In this document: piece by piece, positions 28,609 to 38,627 of the stretch
How positions within the stretch are numbered: position 1 is the stretch's first letter
Layout of the letters: each line of letters opens with the position of its first letter
Assembly (NCBI GenBank): GCA_963697995.1
Contig: OY969110.1
Location: 63,585 to 127,584 of the forward strand
DNA length: 64,000 nt
Direction of reading: 5' to 3'
Source of the DNA: an uncultured Chlamydiae bacterium
GTDB lineage: Bacteria > Chlamydiota > Chlamydiia > Chlamydiales > JAJFMB01
Made by a program: the position numbers and the translations under genes
Notes under the pieces: generated by a model
The model's database searches: none
Told to the model about the DNA's origin: nothing
Seen by the model: only the letters and a program-made list of their open reading frames with translations

Positions 28609-29253
28609 TTATTTCTTTCGACGTGCAAAAGCGTCTTTCATCTTTGTTTCAAACTGATTTAAGTAACCTCGAAACTCTTCAGTCACATCTTCTTCGTTAA
28701 ATAAATTTTTAGAGACAACTGAAGCTTCTTCCTTAAGCTCTATGCACTCTTTTATTTTTTGAAGTTTCTCCCTCTCGCTGACTGATAACTTCCTACCAAT
28801 ATCGGCAACAAACTTTTCTAAAAGAAGCGCATCGAGAGCCTCTAAAAAAATCTGCTCGTTAATCTCTTTAACATAAATCGCATCGGCTAAAGTAGAAATC
28901 TCTAGAGTCCCCTTCTTTTTTGAATCAATAAATTTCTTTAAGTTAGAATCTATGATAAATTCGTTAAATTGACGGTTAAGATAGGAGTGAAATGCAATAC
29001 CAATATTAAAAGAAGTCAAAACAGTACCAGACAATTTTGGCTTGGTCGTTTCAAATTTGCTTTGAAGGGAGGCATAAATATTTCCAGCCACAAACCCTTT
29101 TACAGCTTTATGGTTATCTCCAAAGGGAGAGCGATCCAAAAAAGAATCGGAATAGTAGGTTTGGGCGATAGCACCAAGTTCGTACTCTTTAGCTTCAATC
29201 GCAATTGAAGAAAGTGAAAGAGATACGCAAAGTAATGAAACAAATTTTTTCAT
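28609..29253 (-). CDS. Hypothetical exported protein
   Basis: Start reassigned to MKKFVSLLCVSLSLSSIAIEA (signal peptide, GAGG RBS); the longer ORF would overlap rnpB. Confidence 0.7.
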   Translation of the reverse strand: MKKFVSLLCVSLSLSSIAIEAKEYELGAIAQTYYSDSFLDRSPFGDNHKAVKGFVAGNIYASLQSKFETTKPKLSGTVLTSFNIGIAFHSYLNRQFNEFIIDSNLKKFIDSKKKGTLEISTLADAIYVKEINEQIFLEALDALLLEKFVADIGRKLSVSEREKLQKIKECIELKEEASVVSKNLFNEEDVTEEFRGYLNQFETKMKDAFARRKK

Positions 29254-29323
29254 AGTCAACCTCAATGTTAAGGAGTTAAACATTTGGTATAGCAGGCTTG
29301 ACTTTAATTGGATAGAAAAAAAA

Positions 29324-29686
29324 TAAGTTGGGAAGAGATAAGCCGGGTTCTGTGACTTAAAAAAACTCTTAAGCGGCAATCATTCCTCTAGGGATTTTGT
29401 CGCCAAAATCCTCAAGCGATACTTTTAAACGGAATTATTAGCGGAGTACTAAACCGTTTTATTCGATCTTGCTTCGGATAGGGTTTACAGCTTTCTAAGA
29501 TCTCTCTAGATAAGGTCGCACTCTCAAAGTGGACATTTCAACCTGTCACAAATTAGTGCGGAATGTTCTCTGTTGCACTTTCCGTAGCCTTGCGGCCCCC
29601 AGCCTTTCGCTGGTATCCTCTCCTCTGAAGCCCAGACTTTCCTCCATTTTTTAACAAAAACAGCGATTGCCTTTCTTCCCAACTTA
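29324..29686 (-). ncRNA. rnpB: RNase P RNA
   Basis: Minus strand has GAGGAAAGTCTGGGC and ACAGAACCCGGCTTA (P4 halves), TGCAACAGAGA, and terminal P1 helix TAAGTTGGGAAGA/TCTTCCCAACTTA. Confidence 0.95.
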
Positions 29687-29690
29687 AAAC

Positions 29691-30461
29691 TTAAACCGCA
29701 ACCTTGCGACGACGTCGTTTTGTCGCTGTTGCTTGCCCTTCATCTTCAATCTCTTCAGCTTCAGCCCAATAATGAATACGAGAGCAATGCTCACAAAAAA
29801 CAAGTCTTTCACTTTTTCGCACTAAATTTTCATCTTGTGCTGTGATCTGGATATGGCAACCACTACAACATCTATTTTCGATAGGAACCACAACGCAATC
29901 TTTTTTATTGCCAAGCAAGCGCTCATAAACGCGGAAAACTTCAGGATCAGCCAATTGAACTAAACCATCTCTTCTCTGTTTTATTTCCCGTCCCTCTTGA
30001 TTGATCTTATCGATGCTATCGTAGATCTCCCCCTCAAGAACGCGACTGCCTTCTGCCGTCTGCTCAAGTTCTTTTTGAAGATGTTGAAGAGCATCCTCTT
30101 CAATAGCTAATTTGTCATAAAGATCGCTCAAAAGATGCTCCTTAGCACCTCTTTCTCTTTCAACCTGCGACATCTCCTGACTCAACGCATTAAACTCATC
30201 CACTTTTCGAATGGAACTTTGCTGCTCTTCTAATTTCTTAAGACGTGTTTTCACATCCAAAACAGAGCTTTCTCCAATTCGGATCTCTTTCTTAATTTCC
30301 TGGATAATTTGATCTTTTTCATCAAGCTTATCTTTTAGATCAAGCTTAGCATTTTGAATCTGCTCTAATTCCTTAATACGCCTCGACTTCAACTGGATCA
30401 GTTGAATCATTTGCATATCTAATTTTTGAATTTCAAGAATGGGTTTAAGAGCCTTTAGCAT
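29691..30461 (-). CDS. cdsZ: CdsZ/CT398-like coiled-coil zinc-ribbon protein
   Basis: Long coiled coil plus CSGCH...CEHCSRIHYW zinc ribbon; adjacent to rnpB. Confidence 0.85.
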   Translation of the reverse strand: MLKALKPILEIQKLDMQMIQLIQLKSRRIKELEQIQNAKLDLKDKLDEKDQIIQEIKKEIRIGESSVLDVKTRLKKLEEQQSSIRKVDEFNALSQEMSQVERERGAKEHLLSDLYDKLAIEEDALQHLQKELEQTAEGSRVLEGEIYDSIDKINQEGREIKQRRDGLVQLADPEVFRVYERLLGNKKDCVVVPIENRCCSGCHIQITAQDENLVRKSERLVFCEHCSRIHYWAEAEEIEDEGQATATKRRRRKVAV

Positions 30462-30532
30462 AAATGGGATTCCTCTATTCTTTAAGACTCTGGATCATAC
30501 CCGTTTTTTTGATATTGATCAAGAGAAAAAAA

Positions 30533-31889
30533 TTACTTTGTCAAATCAAAGATTTCTTCTATCTCACAAGAGTGACTCCCCACCTCTTCTACCTTTTTCA
30601 TACCATCAAAAATCTGTTTAAAACTGATCATTACAGGAAACTCTGGTTCCTTTTCCAACTCCTTAATGAGGGAGGTACTTTTGAGAATGAGACTAAAAAA
30701 CATATTATAAGCCTTTTTTGCAACCGGTTTTAACTCTCTGTCGTAATCACCACTAGAAAAAAAACTATAATATTCTTTTGAGGGTTTTAACTCGCTACTG
30801 TTTATATCTGAAACAATTTTATCTCTAAAACTTATGAACCTATTGTTATCCACTTCAACTTTAAAGTATCTAAGCAGAACTCTTAAAAGACTGAACCGAT
30901 CGTTAAAAGGTGTAGCCACACAAGTATTTTGAAAGCAAGGATCCCAAACAGGGTAGGATAAATGAGCGGGATCTCCGCTAAAACGACGGTATCCAAAAGG
31001 AGACATAAAATCGACATCTCCAAGAAAAGCCCGAGGCTGACCTTCAAGTAATTTTATAAAGACATTTTCTTCCTTGATATCATTGTGACTGACATTTTGA
31101 AAATGAAGCCATCGAGCAGCTAAAATAACATCCTGCAGGCATTTTAAAAAACTAAAAGAATGCATTATCACTTTCACGACCCAACGTGCATAAATACCTT
31201 TCTTGGGTGTAGTAGGGATGAGAAAGAAGACTCAAAGGAGAAGAGAGACACACATCCTCCGGTTTTTTTTTATAAATAGTCTCGTAAAGATTCATGCCCT
31301 GGATCGTCAACTGGTCGGTGAACACATTTCTCATCTTTAGGCGAACGGCATTAAGATGAAAAAAACTTCGAATATACCCTTGAGTCGTTTTAATAGGTTT
31401 CATATTTATTTCAAAAACATCAGCAGGAACAATCTCTTCCTTATATGATCCTTGCCGTTCCCACTCCTCTGAGAAAATTCTAAACACAAGTTTCAATATT
31501 TTTTCTCTTAAGTCAAACGACAACAAACACTCAATTTCTTTCTCAATAGAAAAGCTTTTCTTTTTTACCCTATTTTTTAGAGCCTGATTGATATTAGAGA
31601 TAATATAATTTTTAAATCTTAAGCTCTTTTTATCGGTCAAAAAGGGAGCTATTTGCTGATCAAAACGGTTGAAAGAAAAATAATAAACCCGCTCTTGATA
31701 ACCCTTAAAAATTTTTTGAATCTTCGAGGCAGCCTCCCCTCTTTCCCTTTCTGAATAAACCTTTTTGGGAATCACGCGGGGATAGACTACTCCTGGGTGA
31801 AAGTAGAACGAAACTGCTCCATAACTTGAAGAGATGGGTCTGCTGCTTTGTGGTGGTAGATAGTAGTATTTTCTTTCAATTGGTTGCAT
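30533..31889 (-). CDS. IQ-motif plus protein-kinase-like protein, split into two overlapping frames near 31152-31190
   Basis: IQKIFKGYQER in 31152-31889; HNDIKEEN and FLGDVD in 30533-31177. Confidence 0.65.
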
Positions 31890-32053
31890 AAACTGCGGAA
31901 TTTTAAGAAATAAACACCATTAATGCAAGAAAAAAAAATTCCCTTTATCAAAAGTTTTTAAAGAAAAATGAATCGTTTGATAAAAACTTCATGTTGAGTA
32001 GAATTACCCTACCTTGGTAAAATACGATTTTTCACCACTTTTTTAGGATTTTC

Positions 32054-33568
32054 ATGACCTCATATCTTGCCTCTTATTTAAAAAATACTCCAAAAGAGGA
32101 GCAAAAAACAGCAGCAATTGCCTATCTTGCCTCTCTTGATCACCTCTCGGAAGAGCATAAACCGATTGCCGACACAATCATCTCGGAGCTTATCGATCAA
32201 AGAGAGCGACTAAAGCTAATCGCCTCTGAAAACTACTCCTCTCTTGCCGTTCAACTCGCTATGGGAAACCTTCTTACAGACAAATACGCCGAAGGATACC
32301 CTCACCACAGGTTTTACGCAGGGTGTGAAAATGTCGATAAAATCGAAGATTTAGCTAAAACAGAACTTGAAAATCTCTTTGGTGCTGAGCACGCCTACGT
32401 TCAACCTCATTCAGGAGCCGACGCTAATTTGGTTGCCATTTTTGCAGCTCTTATCACAAGAGTGCAACAAAAAGAGATCGAAGCACTTGGAAAAAAACAC
32501 CTAGAAGATCTGACGGTAGAAGAGTATGAAACAGTCCGAAAACACCTTGTGAATCAAAGACTTCTCGGCATGTCTTTAAATTCAGGGGGACACCTCACCC
32601 ACGGGTTTAGACACAACATTTCTTCAAAATTAATGCAAGCTTTTGCCTACGACGTCAATCCCAAAACAGGACTTCTCGACTACGATATGATTTTAAAACA
32701 AGCGCGAGAAGTTAAACCTTTTATTTTAATGTGTGGTTATTCGGCGTATCCTCGCCTGATTAACTTTGCAAAAATGAGAGAGATCGCAGATGACGTCGGA
32801 GCTGTTTTAATGTGCGATATGGCTCACTTTGCAGGTCTTGTTGCAGGAAAAGCCTTAATAAACGAATTTAACCCGATCCCTTACGCCGATATTACCACGA
32901 GTACCACTCACAAAACGATGAGAGGGCCAAGAGGTGGTATGGTGCTTTGCAAGAAAGAGTTTGCAGAAGCCGTTAATAAAGGATGCCCCTTAGTGATGGG
33001 AGGACCTCTTCCCCATGTGATGGCCGCAAAAGCGTGTGCCTTTAAAGAGGCTGCAAAACCTGAATTTCAAGTCTATGCAAAAAACGTCGTGGCTAACAGC
33101 CAGGCGCTTGCGGAAGCTTTAAAAAATGAGGGATTTGAGCTCGTTACAGGAGGGTCTGACAACCACTTGAACATTCTCAACGTCTCAAAATTGGGTTTGA
33201 CCGGAAGACAGGCTGAGATTGCTCTTAACCAATCCGCAGTCACTGTCAATCGCAATTCGATCCCTTTTGATCCAAATGGCGCCTGGTACACCTCTGGAGT
33301 TAGAATTGGAACAGCAGCAATGACCACTTTGGGGATGAAAAGCTCAGAAATGAAAGAGATAGCATCAATTTTAGCTCTTGTCCTTAAAAATACCAAACCG
33401 ATTTTATCCCACGACGGTTTAAGTAAAGCCAAATTTGAAATAGACGACCGAATTGTTCAAGAGGCGAGAAGACGAGTCAAAGATTTACTTAAAAAACACC
33501 CCCTTTACCCTGAAATCATTTTAGAGGAAGAAACAAGTCCGATTTTTGACTTGAAATTTGCAAGCTAA
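32054..33568 (+). CDS. glyA: Serine hydroxymethyltransferase
   Basis: LIASENY; KYAEGYP; TTTHKTMRGPRGG. Confidence 0.97.
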   Translation: MTSYLASYLKNTPKEEQKTAAIAYLASLDHLSEEHKPIADTIISELIDQRERLKLIASENYSSLAVQLAMGNLLTDKYAEGYPHHRFYAGCENVDKIEDLAKTELENLFGAEHAYVQPHSGADANLVAIFAALITRVQQKEIEALGKKHLEDLTVEEYETVRKHLVNQRLLGMSLNSGGHLTHGFRHNISSKLMQAFAYDVNPKTGLLDYDMILKQAREVKPFILMCGYSAYPRLINFAKMREIADDVGAVLMCDMAHFAGLVAGKALINEFNPIPYADITTSTTHKTMRGPRGGMVLCKKEFAEAVNKGCPLVMGGPLPHVMAAKACAFKEAAKPEFQVYAKNVVANSQALAEALKNEGFELVTGGSDNHLNILNVSKLGLTGRQAEIALNQSAVTVNRNSIPFDPNGAWYTSGVRIGTAAMTTLGMKSSEMKEIASILALVLKNTKPILSHDGLSKAKFEIDDRIVQEARRRVKDLLKKHPLYPEIILEEETSPIFDLKFAS

Positions 33569-33621
33569 AAGAAGATAATCCGATCGATTGATAAAAATTT
33601 GATAAAAGGACCACTACAGTT

Positions 33622-34206
33622 ATGCCAGAACAACAATCCCAATTCTTGGACCTCAAAAGTAAGATTGATGAAACAATTTTACAAGCAAGACGCATTTTTC
33701 TCTCAGATGCTGTGGACTCAGATTCCGCAGCCGAAGTGATCAGAAAACTGTGGTATCTTGAGCTTCAAAGTCCTGGTAAGCCTATTTATCTAATCATCAA
33801 CAGTCCTGGAGGCTCTGTCGATTCAGGATTTGCGATCTGGGATCAAATCAAAATGATCTCCTCCCCTGTGATCACCATTGTGACAGGACTTGCAGCGTCT
33901 ATGGGATCAGTTTTGAGTCTTGCAGCCTCTAAAGGAAAGCGGTTTGCAACTCCAAACGCAAGAATTATGATCCACCAACCTATGATTGGAGGCGTTGTCA
34001 AGGGACAAGCGACTGACTTAGAAATTCAAGCCAAAGAAATGCTTAAAACAAGAGCTCAGCTGATCCAAGTTTATGTCGATGCTACAGGAAAATCAGCAGA
34101 GGTTGTTGAAAAAGCCATCGACCGGGACACTTGGCTCTCCCCTCAAGAAGCACTCGAGTTTGGTCTTTTAGATGGGATCGTCAAAAGCTATAAGGAGCTC
34201 AATTAA
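33622..34206 (+). CDS. clpP: Clp protease proteolytic subunit
   Basis: INSPGGSV; AASMG; IMIHQP. Confidence 0.96.
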   Translation: MPEQQSQFLDLKSKIDETILQARRIFLSDAVDSDSAAEVIRKLWYLELQSPGKPIYLIINSPGGSVDSGFAIWDQIKMISSPVITIVTGLAASMGSVLSLAASKGKRFATPNARIMIHQPMIGGVVKGQATDLEIQAKEMLKTRAQLIQVYVDATGKSAEVVEKAIDRDTWLSPQEALEFGLLDGIVKSYKELN

Positions 34207-34209
34207 GCT

Positions 34210-34977
34210 TTGCAAACCCACACGTATTCGGGATCGGGCAATACTTTCACTTTGATCGACAACAGAGAGGGCTCGTTTTTGCCAGAAAAGAAAACGATTA
34301 AAGCCCTCTCGTCTGGAAAAGATGGGGTTGTTCTTCTTGAAACATCCCATTCTGCCGATTTAAAGATGCGTATTTTTAATGCCGATGGGAGTGAAGCTGA
34401 AATGTGTGGCAATGGGGCGAGGTGCCTTCTGACGTTTTATAAAGATTTGACAGGGTACCTTGGAAAAGTCACCCTGGAGACTAAGGCTGGTCTCATCTCT
34501 GGTCAAATCGATGAAACCTCTGTTTCCCTTTTTCTTCCCCTACCAAAAGAGATCAAAAACGATCTTCAAATCGACCAATTTTCCTTTGATTTTTTAAATA
34601 CGGGCGTTCCTCACGCTGTTTTTTTTGTAGATGATTTAGAAAAACACCCCCTGATCGAAAAGGGACATGCCTTGAAAACTCACCCTTTGTTTGGACCCTC
34701 TGGCAGCAATATCAACTTTGTCAAATGTTTATCGGATAAATTAGAAATTCGAACTTTTGAAAGGGGGCTTGATCACGAATCGCCAGCTTGTGGTACTGGC
34801 GCAACTGCTGCTGCGTATCTTGCGATCACCAAATTAAATAAGGACTCTCCTATTACTGTCCTTCCAAAATCAAAAGAGCCTCTTCAAATTGGATTCGATC
34901 GGGAAAAGGGGTTCGAATTAAAAGGAAAGGTCGAGCTAATTTTACTTGAACTCTTCCACGAAAGTATCGTAAACTAA
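34210..34977 (+). CDS. dapF: Diaminopimelate epimerase
   Basis: AEMCGNGARC; NTGVPH; ACGTGA. Confidence 0.94.
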   Translation: MQTHTYSGSGNTFTLIDNREGSFLPEKKTIKALSSGKDGVVLLETSHSADLKMRIFNADGSEAEMCGNGARCLLTFYKDLTGYLGKVTLETKAGLISGQIDETSVSLFLPLPKEIKNDLQIDQFSFDFLNTGVPHAVFFVDDLEKHPLIEKGHALKTHPLFGPSGSNINFVKCLSDKLEIRTFERGLDHESPACGTGATAAAYLAITKLNKDSPITVLPKSKEPLQIGFDREKGFELKGKVELILLELFHESIVN

Positions 34978-35059
34978 ACAACAGCGGTTCACATTGAAAG
35001 AATTTTCCTTGAAGGAAAAGAATTGCTGACTTAAACAATTGAACGAAATATATGGATAT

Positions 35060-36265
35060 ATGGCAAAAAAAAATCCTTTTCCAGAAGCTCAAACTCCTTT
35101 AATTTTGAACTGTCACCGTTTGATGGAAGCGTTTGCAAAATCAAACGATGAAAGGGATTTTTACCTCGATAGAATCGAAGGATTTATCCTTTTTACCAAT
35201 CTCGACAAAGATGATGAAGAGCTCATAGCCTTTGAGAAAGAACTGATTGACTCACACGAAAGGTATTGCCTTATTCCAAAATTTTCTTACTTTGAAACGA
35301 AGAAAATTATGGAAAACTTTGTTCATGAAAAAGTTTACGATATCGATACGAAAGAAAAATTAACTGAAATCATCCAATCAAAAGAAGCGAGAGAAAACTT
35401 TTTGGAGTTTCTTTTCGACCATCACTCTGAATTTGAAAAATGGCAACAATTTTATCAAGAGCGCTCCCGTGTTCGGATCATCGAATGGTTAAGACAAAAC
35501 CAATTTCATTTTGTTTTTGAAGAGGACCTTGAGATTTCAAAACCACTTCTTGAAAAAATCAAAGAGAGTCTTTTTGAAACAAAAGCTGGTAAAGAAATCA
35601 TTTCCGCAAGAAAAACTCTTGAAGCTAAAGCTAAAACATACTACTCGAGTGAGGCTCTAAACCCAAGACCTAAAAGGGGACGTCCTCCAAAGCAACAGGC
35701 AAAGCTTGAGGTGGAGCATCAAACCTCTGTCGACATCTACACAACCGTTGCCCCAGCTGCAAGGCCCTTTTTGTTTACACCTGATGTGAATGCTGCGAAT
35801 GCTTTGAGTTTTTCCTCTAAATTTGATGGAGAGGACTTAGGTGCGGCTCCAAAACCTCTCTCCCAAAAACCCGAAACTGACCTGACCCTTAAAACATTAA
35901 ATGAAAAGCTTGCCACTTTGAGAAGTTTTTCAAGTCGTTTTGCTCAAGAAGGGGGGCAATTAAACGAAGAAGGGCTTGTGCATCCCGATGCCCTAAAGAA
36001 AGGCTCGGAAAAATTTGGCTTCGACGACGATGAAGACGAAGAGGACGAGGATAAAGATGATGATTCTGAGGATGAGGATTTCGATAAACAAAAAATGGCA
36101 AAACCAAAGGTTGTTAAAAAAAGAGTCACTGAGCTTAAACCTGTTGCCTCAAAACCTTTACCCCCTCCGGTAAAGAAAAAGACTCCTCCTAAAAAAGTAG
36201 AAGAGGCTCCGAAAAAGCCGATTCAAAGACGATTGAGGAAAACAGAACCTAAAAAGAAAGCTTAA
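35060..36265 (+). CDS. UPF0158/CT429-like chlamydial protein
   Basis: ERDFYLDRIEGF; position after dapF; PKRGRPPK; acidic then Lys/Pro-rich tail. Confidence 0.8.
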   Translation: MAKKNPFPEAQTPLILNCHRLMEAFAKSNDERDFYLDRIEGFILFTNLDKDDEELIAFEKELIDSHERYCLIPKFSYFETKKIMENFVHEKVYDIDTKEKLTEIIQSKEARENFLEFLFDHHSEFEKWQQFYQERSRVRIIEWLRQNQFHFVFEEDLEISKPLLEKIKESLFETKAGKEIISARKTLEAKAKTYYSSEALNPRPKRGRPPKQQAKLEVEHQTSVDIYTTVAPAARPFLFTPDVNAANALSFSSKFDGEDLGAAPKPLSQKPETDLTLKTLNEKLATLRSFSSRFAQEGGQLNEEGLVHPDALKKGSEKFGFDDDEDEEDEDKDDDSEDEDFDKQKMAKPKVVKKRVTELKPVASKPLPPPVKKKTPPKKVEEAPKKPIQRRLRKTEPKKKA

Positions 36266-36848
36266 GAAGCGCATTTTTTGTTTTTTCAGCCGACTCGTGA
36301 TGAATTGCCTTAAATCCCATGCGGTGACCCATTTCCACAAACTCCACTCTGTCTTCAATGTAGGCTATCTCCTCTGGTTTTTTTTGGGCAATATGGGCGC
36401 TTAAGTGAAATATCCCAGGATCTGGCTTTCTCATTCCTACAAAGCAAGAGACACAAAAAAAATCATACCCGGAAGAGAGCCATTTTTTCACTCGATACTC
36501 GGTCAAGTCTTGCCCTTCATTGCTTAAAATCCCAATTTGAAGCTTGAACTTCTCCTTAAATTCCTTAACCAAATCAAGCATCTCTTGAAACGGCTTTGAT
36601 TGTTCAAACATAAAATGCTTAAAGTCCTCTTTTGTAAAGGAGCGTTTCTCGTAAAAGTAAGTAAATTCAAGGTAGGCCTCTAAACTAAGCTTCCCTAACT
36701 CATGAGTTGAATACATCAACTGATGCCTCTTTTCGACGACTGAGAAATTTAACCCAAACGTTTCAGCAGCTAATTTTCTCGACGCGCTATCCCATCCGTT
36801 TGTCAAAAGAACGCCGCCGACATCAAATATTAAAGTTTTAATCTTCAT
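36249..36848 (-). CDS. HAD-superfamily phosphatase
   Basis: FDVGGVL; KPDPGIF; YIEDR. Confidence 0.9.
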   Translation of the reverse strand: MKIKTLIFDVGGVLLTNGWDSASRKLAAETFGLNFSVVEKRHQLMYSTHELGKLSLEAYLEFTYFYEKRSFTKEDFKHFMFEQSKPFQEMLDLVKEFKEKFKLQIGILSNEGQDLTEYRVKKWLSSGYDFFCVSCFVGMRKPDPGIFHLSAHIAQKKPEEIAYIEDRVEFVEMGHRMGFKAIHHESAEKTKNALLKLSF

Positions 36849-37737
36849 TTTTTATAAAAGCTGCTCCTAAAATTGTGGGATGAGAAAGCTCAACGAGCTT
36901 GACTTCAACTCCCCTGGCACTTTTTAATGCTTTCTCTTTTATTCCCCTTCTAACAACCTCGACAATTTCGGGCAACCCCTCCACAACACCCCCTCCCAAA
37001 AGAAGCTTTTTAGGGTTAAAAAGATTCACAAGAGACACAAAGCCTGCAATATACACCTCAAAAGCTCTCTTTATCAATTTTTCTGCAACAGTATCGTGTT
37101 CTCTATAAAGAGCAATTATTCGATACATATCATACCTATTTGGATCAATTAAAGGATCTGTTTTAATAACAGCTTCCCTAAACTGCCTTGTCAAGCCTAA
37201 ACCTCCAGCAAGAGCTTCAAAACACCCATGAGATCCACATGTACAGAGAGGACCTCTGTAATCAAGTTGCATGTGCCCAACTTCTAAGCTAGAGCCAGTA
37301 GCTCCTACAAGAAGCTGCCCCCCCATTATAGCTCCCCCTCCAATCCCGGTTCCGATAAAGACACACAATAAGTCCTGGCACCCCCGACCCGCACCAAACT
37401 TCCATTCGGCAAAAGTGGCGGCTCTCACATCGTTCACAACATTAACAGGCTTTGAAAAAAAATTCATAAGCTCTTCTTTTAAAGGGACATCGCTCCAAAA
37501 AAGATTGGGAGCAAAAGTGACCACACCTTTCCGATTGACCTGTCCAGCAACAGCTACCCCTATCGCATCAAACGGGACTTGAAGCTCCTTAATCCCTTGA
37601 ACGATTTGCTCAATCACTGCTTTTGGACCTAAAGAGACTTCTGTTAAAACACGTAAGGCTTTGATAAGGCGCCCCTTTTCATCAATGGCACCAAACTCAA
37701 TTTTTGTTCCCCCGATATCGATCCCTATTGTGATCAT
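36838..37737 (-). CDS. ROK-family sugar kinase (glucokinase-like)
   Basis: GIDIGGTK; NDVRAA; GTGIGG; CTCGSHGCFE. Confidence 0.9.
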   Translation of the reverse strand: MITIGIDIGGTKIEFGAIDEKGRLIKALRVLTEVSLGPKAVIEQIVQGIKELQVPFDAIGVAVAGQVNRKGVVTFAPNLFWSDVPLKEELMNFFSKPVNVVNDVRAATFAEWKFGAGRGCQDLLCVFIGTGIGGGAIMGGQLLVGATGSSLEVGHMQLDYRGPLCTCGSHGCFEALAGGLGLTRQFREAVIKTDPLIDPNRYDMYRIIALYREHDTVAEKLIKRAFEVYIAGFVSLVNLFNPKKLLLGGGVVEGLPEIVEVVRRGIKEKALKSARGVEVKLVELSHPTILGAAFIKNED

Positions 37738-37741
37738 AAGA

Positions 37742-38521
37742 TTAAACCAATGAAAAATCAGCCGCGATATAGGCGTGATCTGAAGGGTGTTCTTTACTTG
37801 GAAGAATGGTGTGTTCATCTATCGGAAGAACAGGGTGCGGTGTGGCAATAAGTCCTCGACTATGGAAAAAATAATCGACTCTTCCCAAACCCCCGATATT
37901 GATCGTCCACTCTTTAGTTGAACCAAACACATCACTTAACCCCAAATCAAACAAAAAATCGATAACAGGGGTATCGAAATCGGAATTAAAATCGCCACAA
38001 ACAAGCCATTCATCCGCCTTTTGATCCCGTTTGATCCAATGAGTCAATTCCTGCATTTGCCGGTAACCCACATGTCTATCCCCTTCATGCAAAGGATCAT
38101 CCCATCTGATGTGTGTGTTGATCACGCCGATAATCGTATTTTCCCATTGGAGGTAAACTAAAAGAGCCGCATGCCCCGAAGGAAACTGTTTAAAATGGTG
38201 TTGATCTTTGAAATAAAGAGCATTAGCACCCAAAAAAGCCAATGGACCTCGACGAAAATAAGTGGCAATCCCGTCTGGTCGTCCCATCCCTTTTTTCACA
38301 TAAATGCTTTTATAATTGAGCTCCTCAAGCTCTTTATCTAAAAGGGCAACCACATCTGACTCAACTTCTTGAAGGCAAATGATATCTGCGTTTAATAAAA
38401 GAAGCTGTTTTAAAAGGGTTTGTCTTCTCTTGACAGGATCTAACGCTTGTTTGTCGACATGGGGGTACCTTTCAGGACGAATGTAGCTGTCTGCCAAGAT
38501 GTTATACGAAACAACTTTCAT
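37742..38521 (-). CDS. EEP-family phosphoesterase (CCR4/nocturnin-like)
   Basis: SYNILA; CLQEV; GDFNS; VDYFF; PSDH. Confidence 0.85.
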   Translation of the reverse strand: MKVVSYNILADSYIRPERYPHVDKQALDPVKRRQTLLKQLLLLNADIICLQEVESDVVALLDKELEELNYKSIYVKKGMGRPDGIATYFRRGPLAFLGANALYFKDQHHFKQFPSGHAALLVYLQWENTIIGVINTHIRWDDPLHEGDRHVGYRQMQELTHWIKRDQKADEWLVCGDFNSDFDTPVIDFLFDLGLSDVFGSTKEWTINIGGLGRVDYFFHSRGLIATPHPVLPIDEHTILPSKEHPSDHAYIAADFSLV

Positions 38522-38627
38522 AAATCACTTCAATTTAACTTCAATTGCATCATGACGTTTGCTCCCTCTTTTAGACAATACTTTTTTTGTAAGGAATTTT
38601 ATAAACGATTAGGTTATATTTTCTGCC

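Noticed and set aside
29254-29379. N-terminal extension of ORF 28609-29379
   Set aside because: It overlaps the 3' end of rnpB; a better start with RBS and signal peptide lies at 29253
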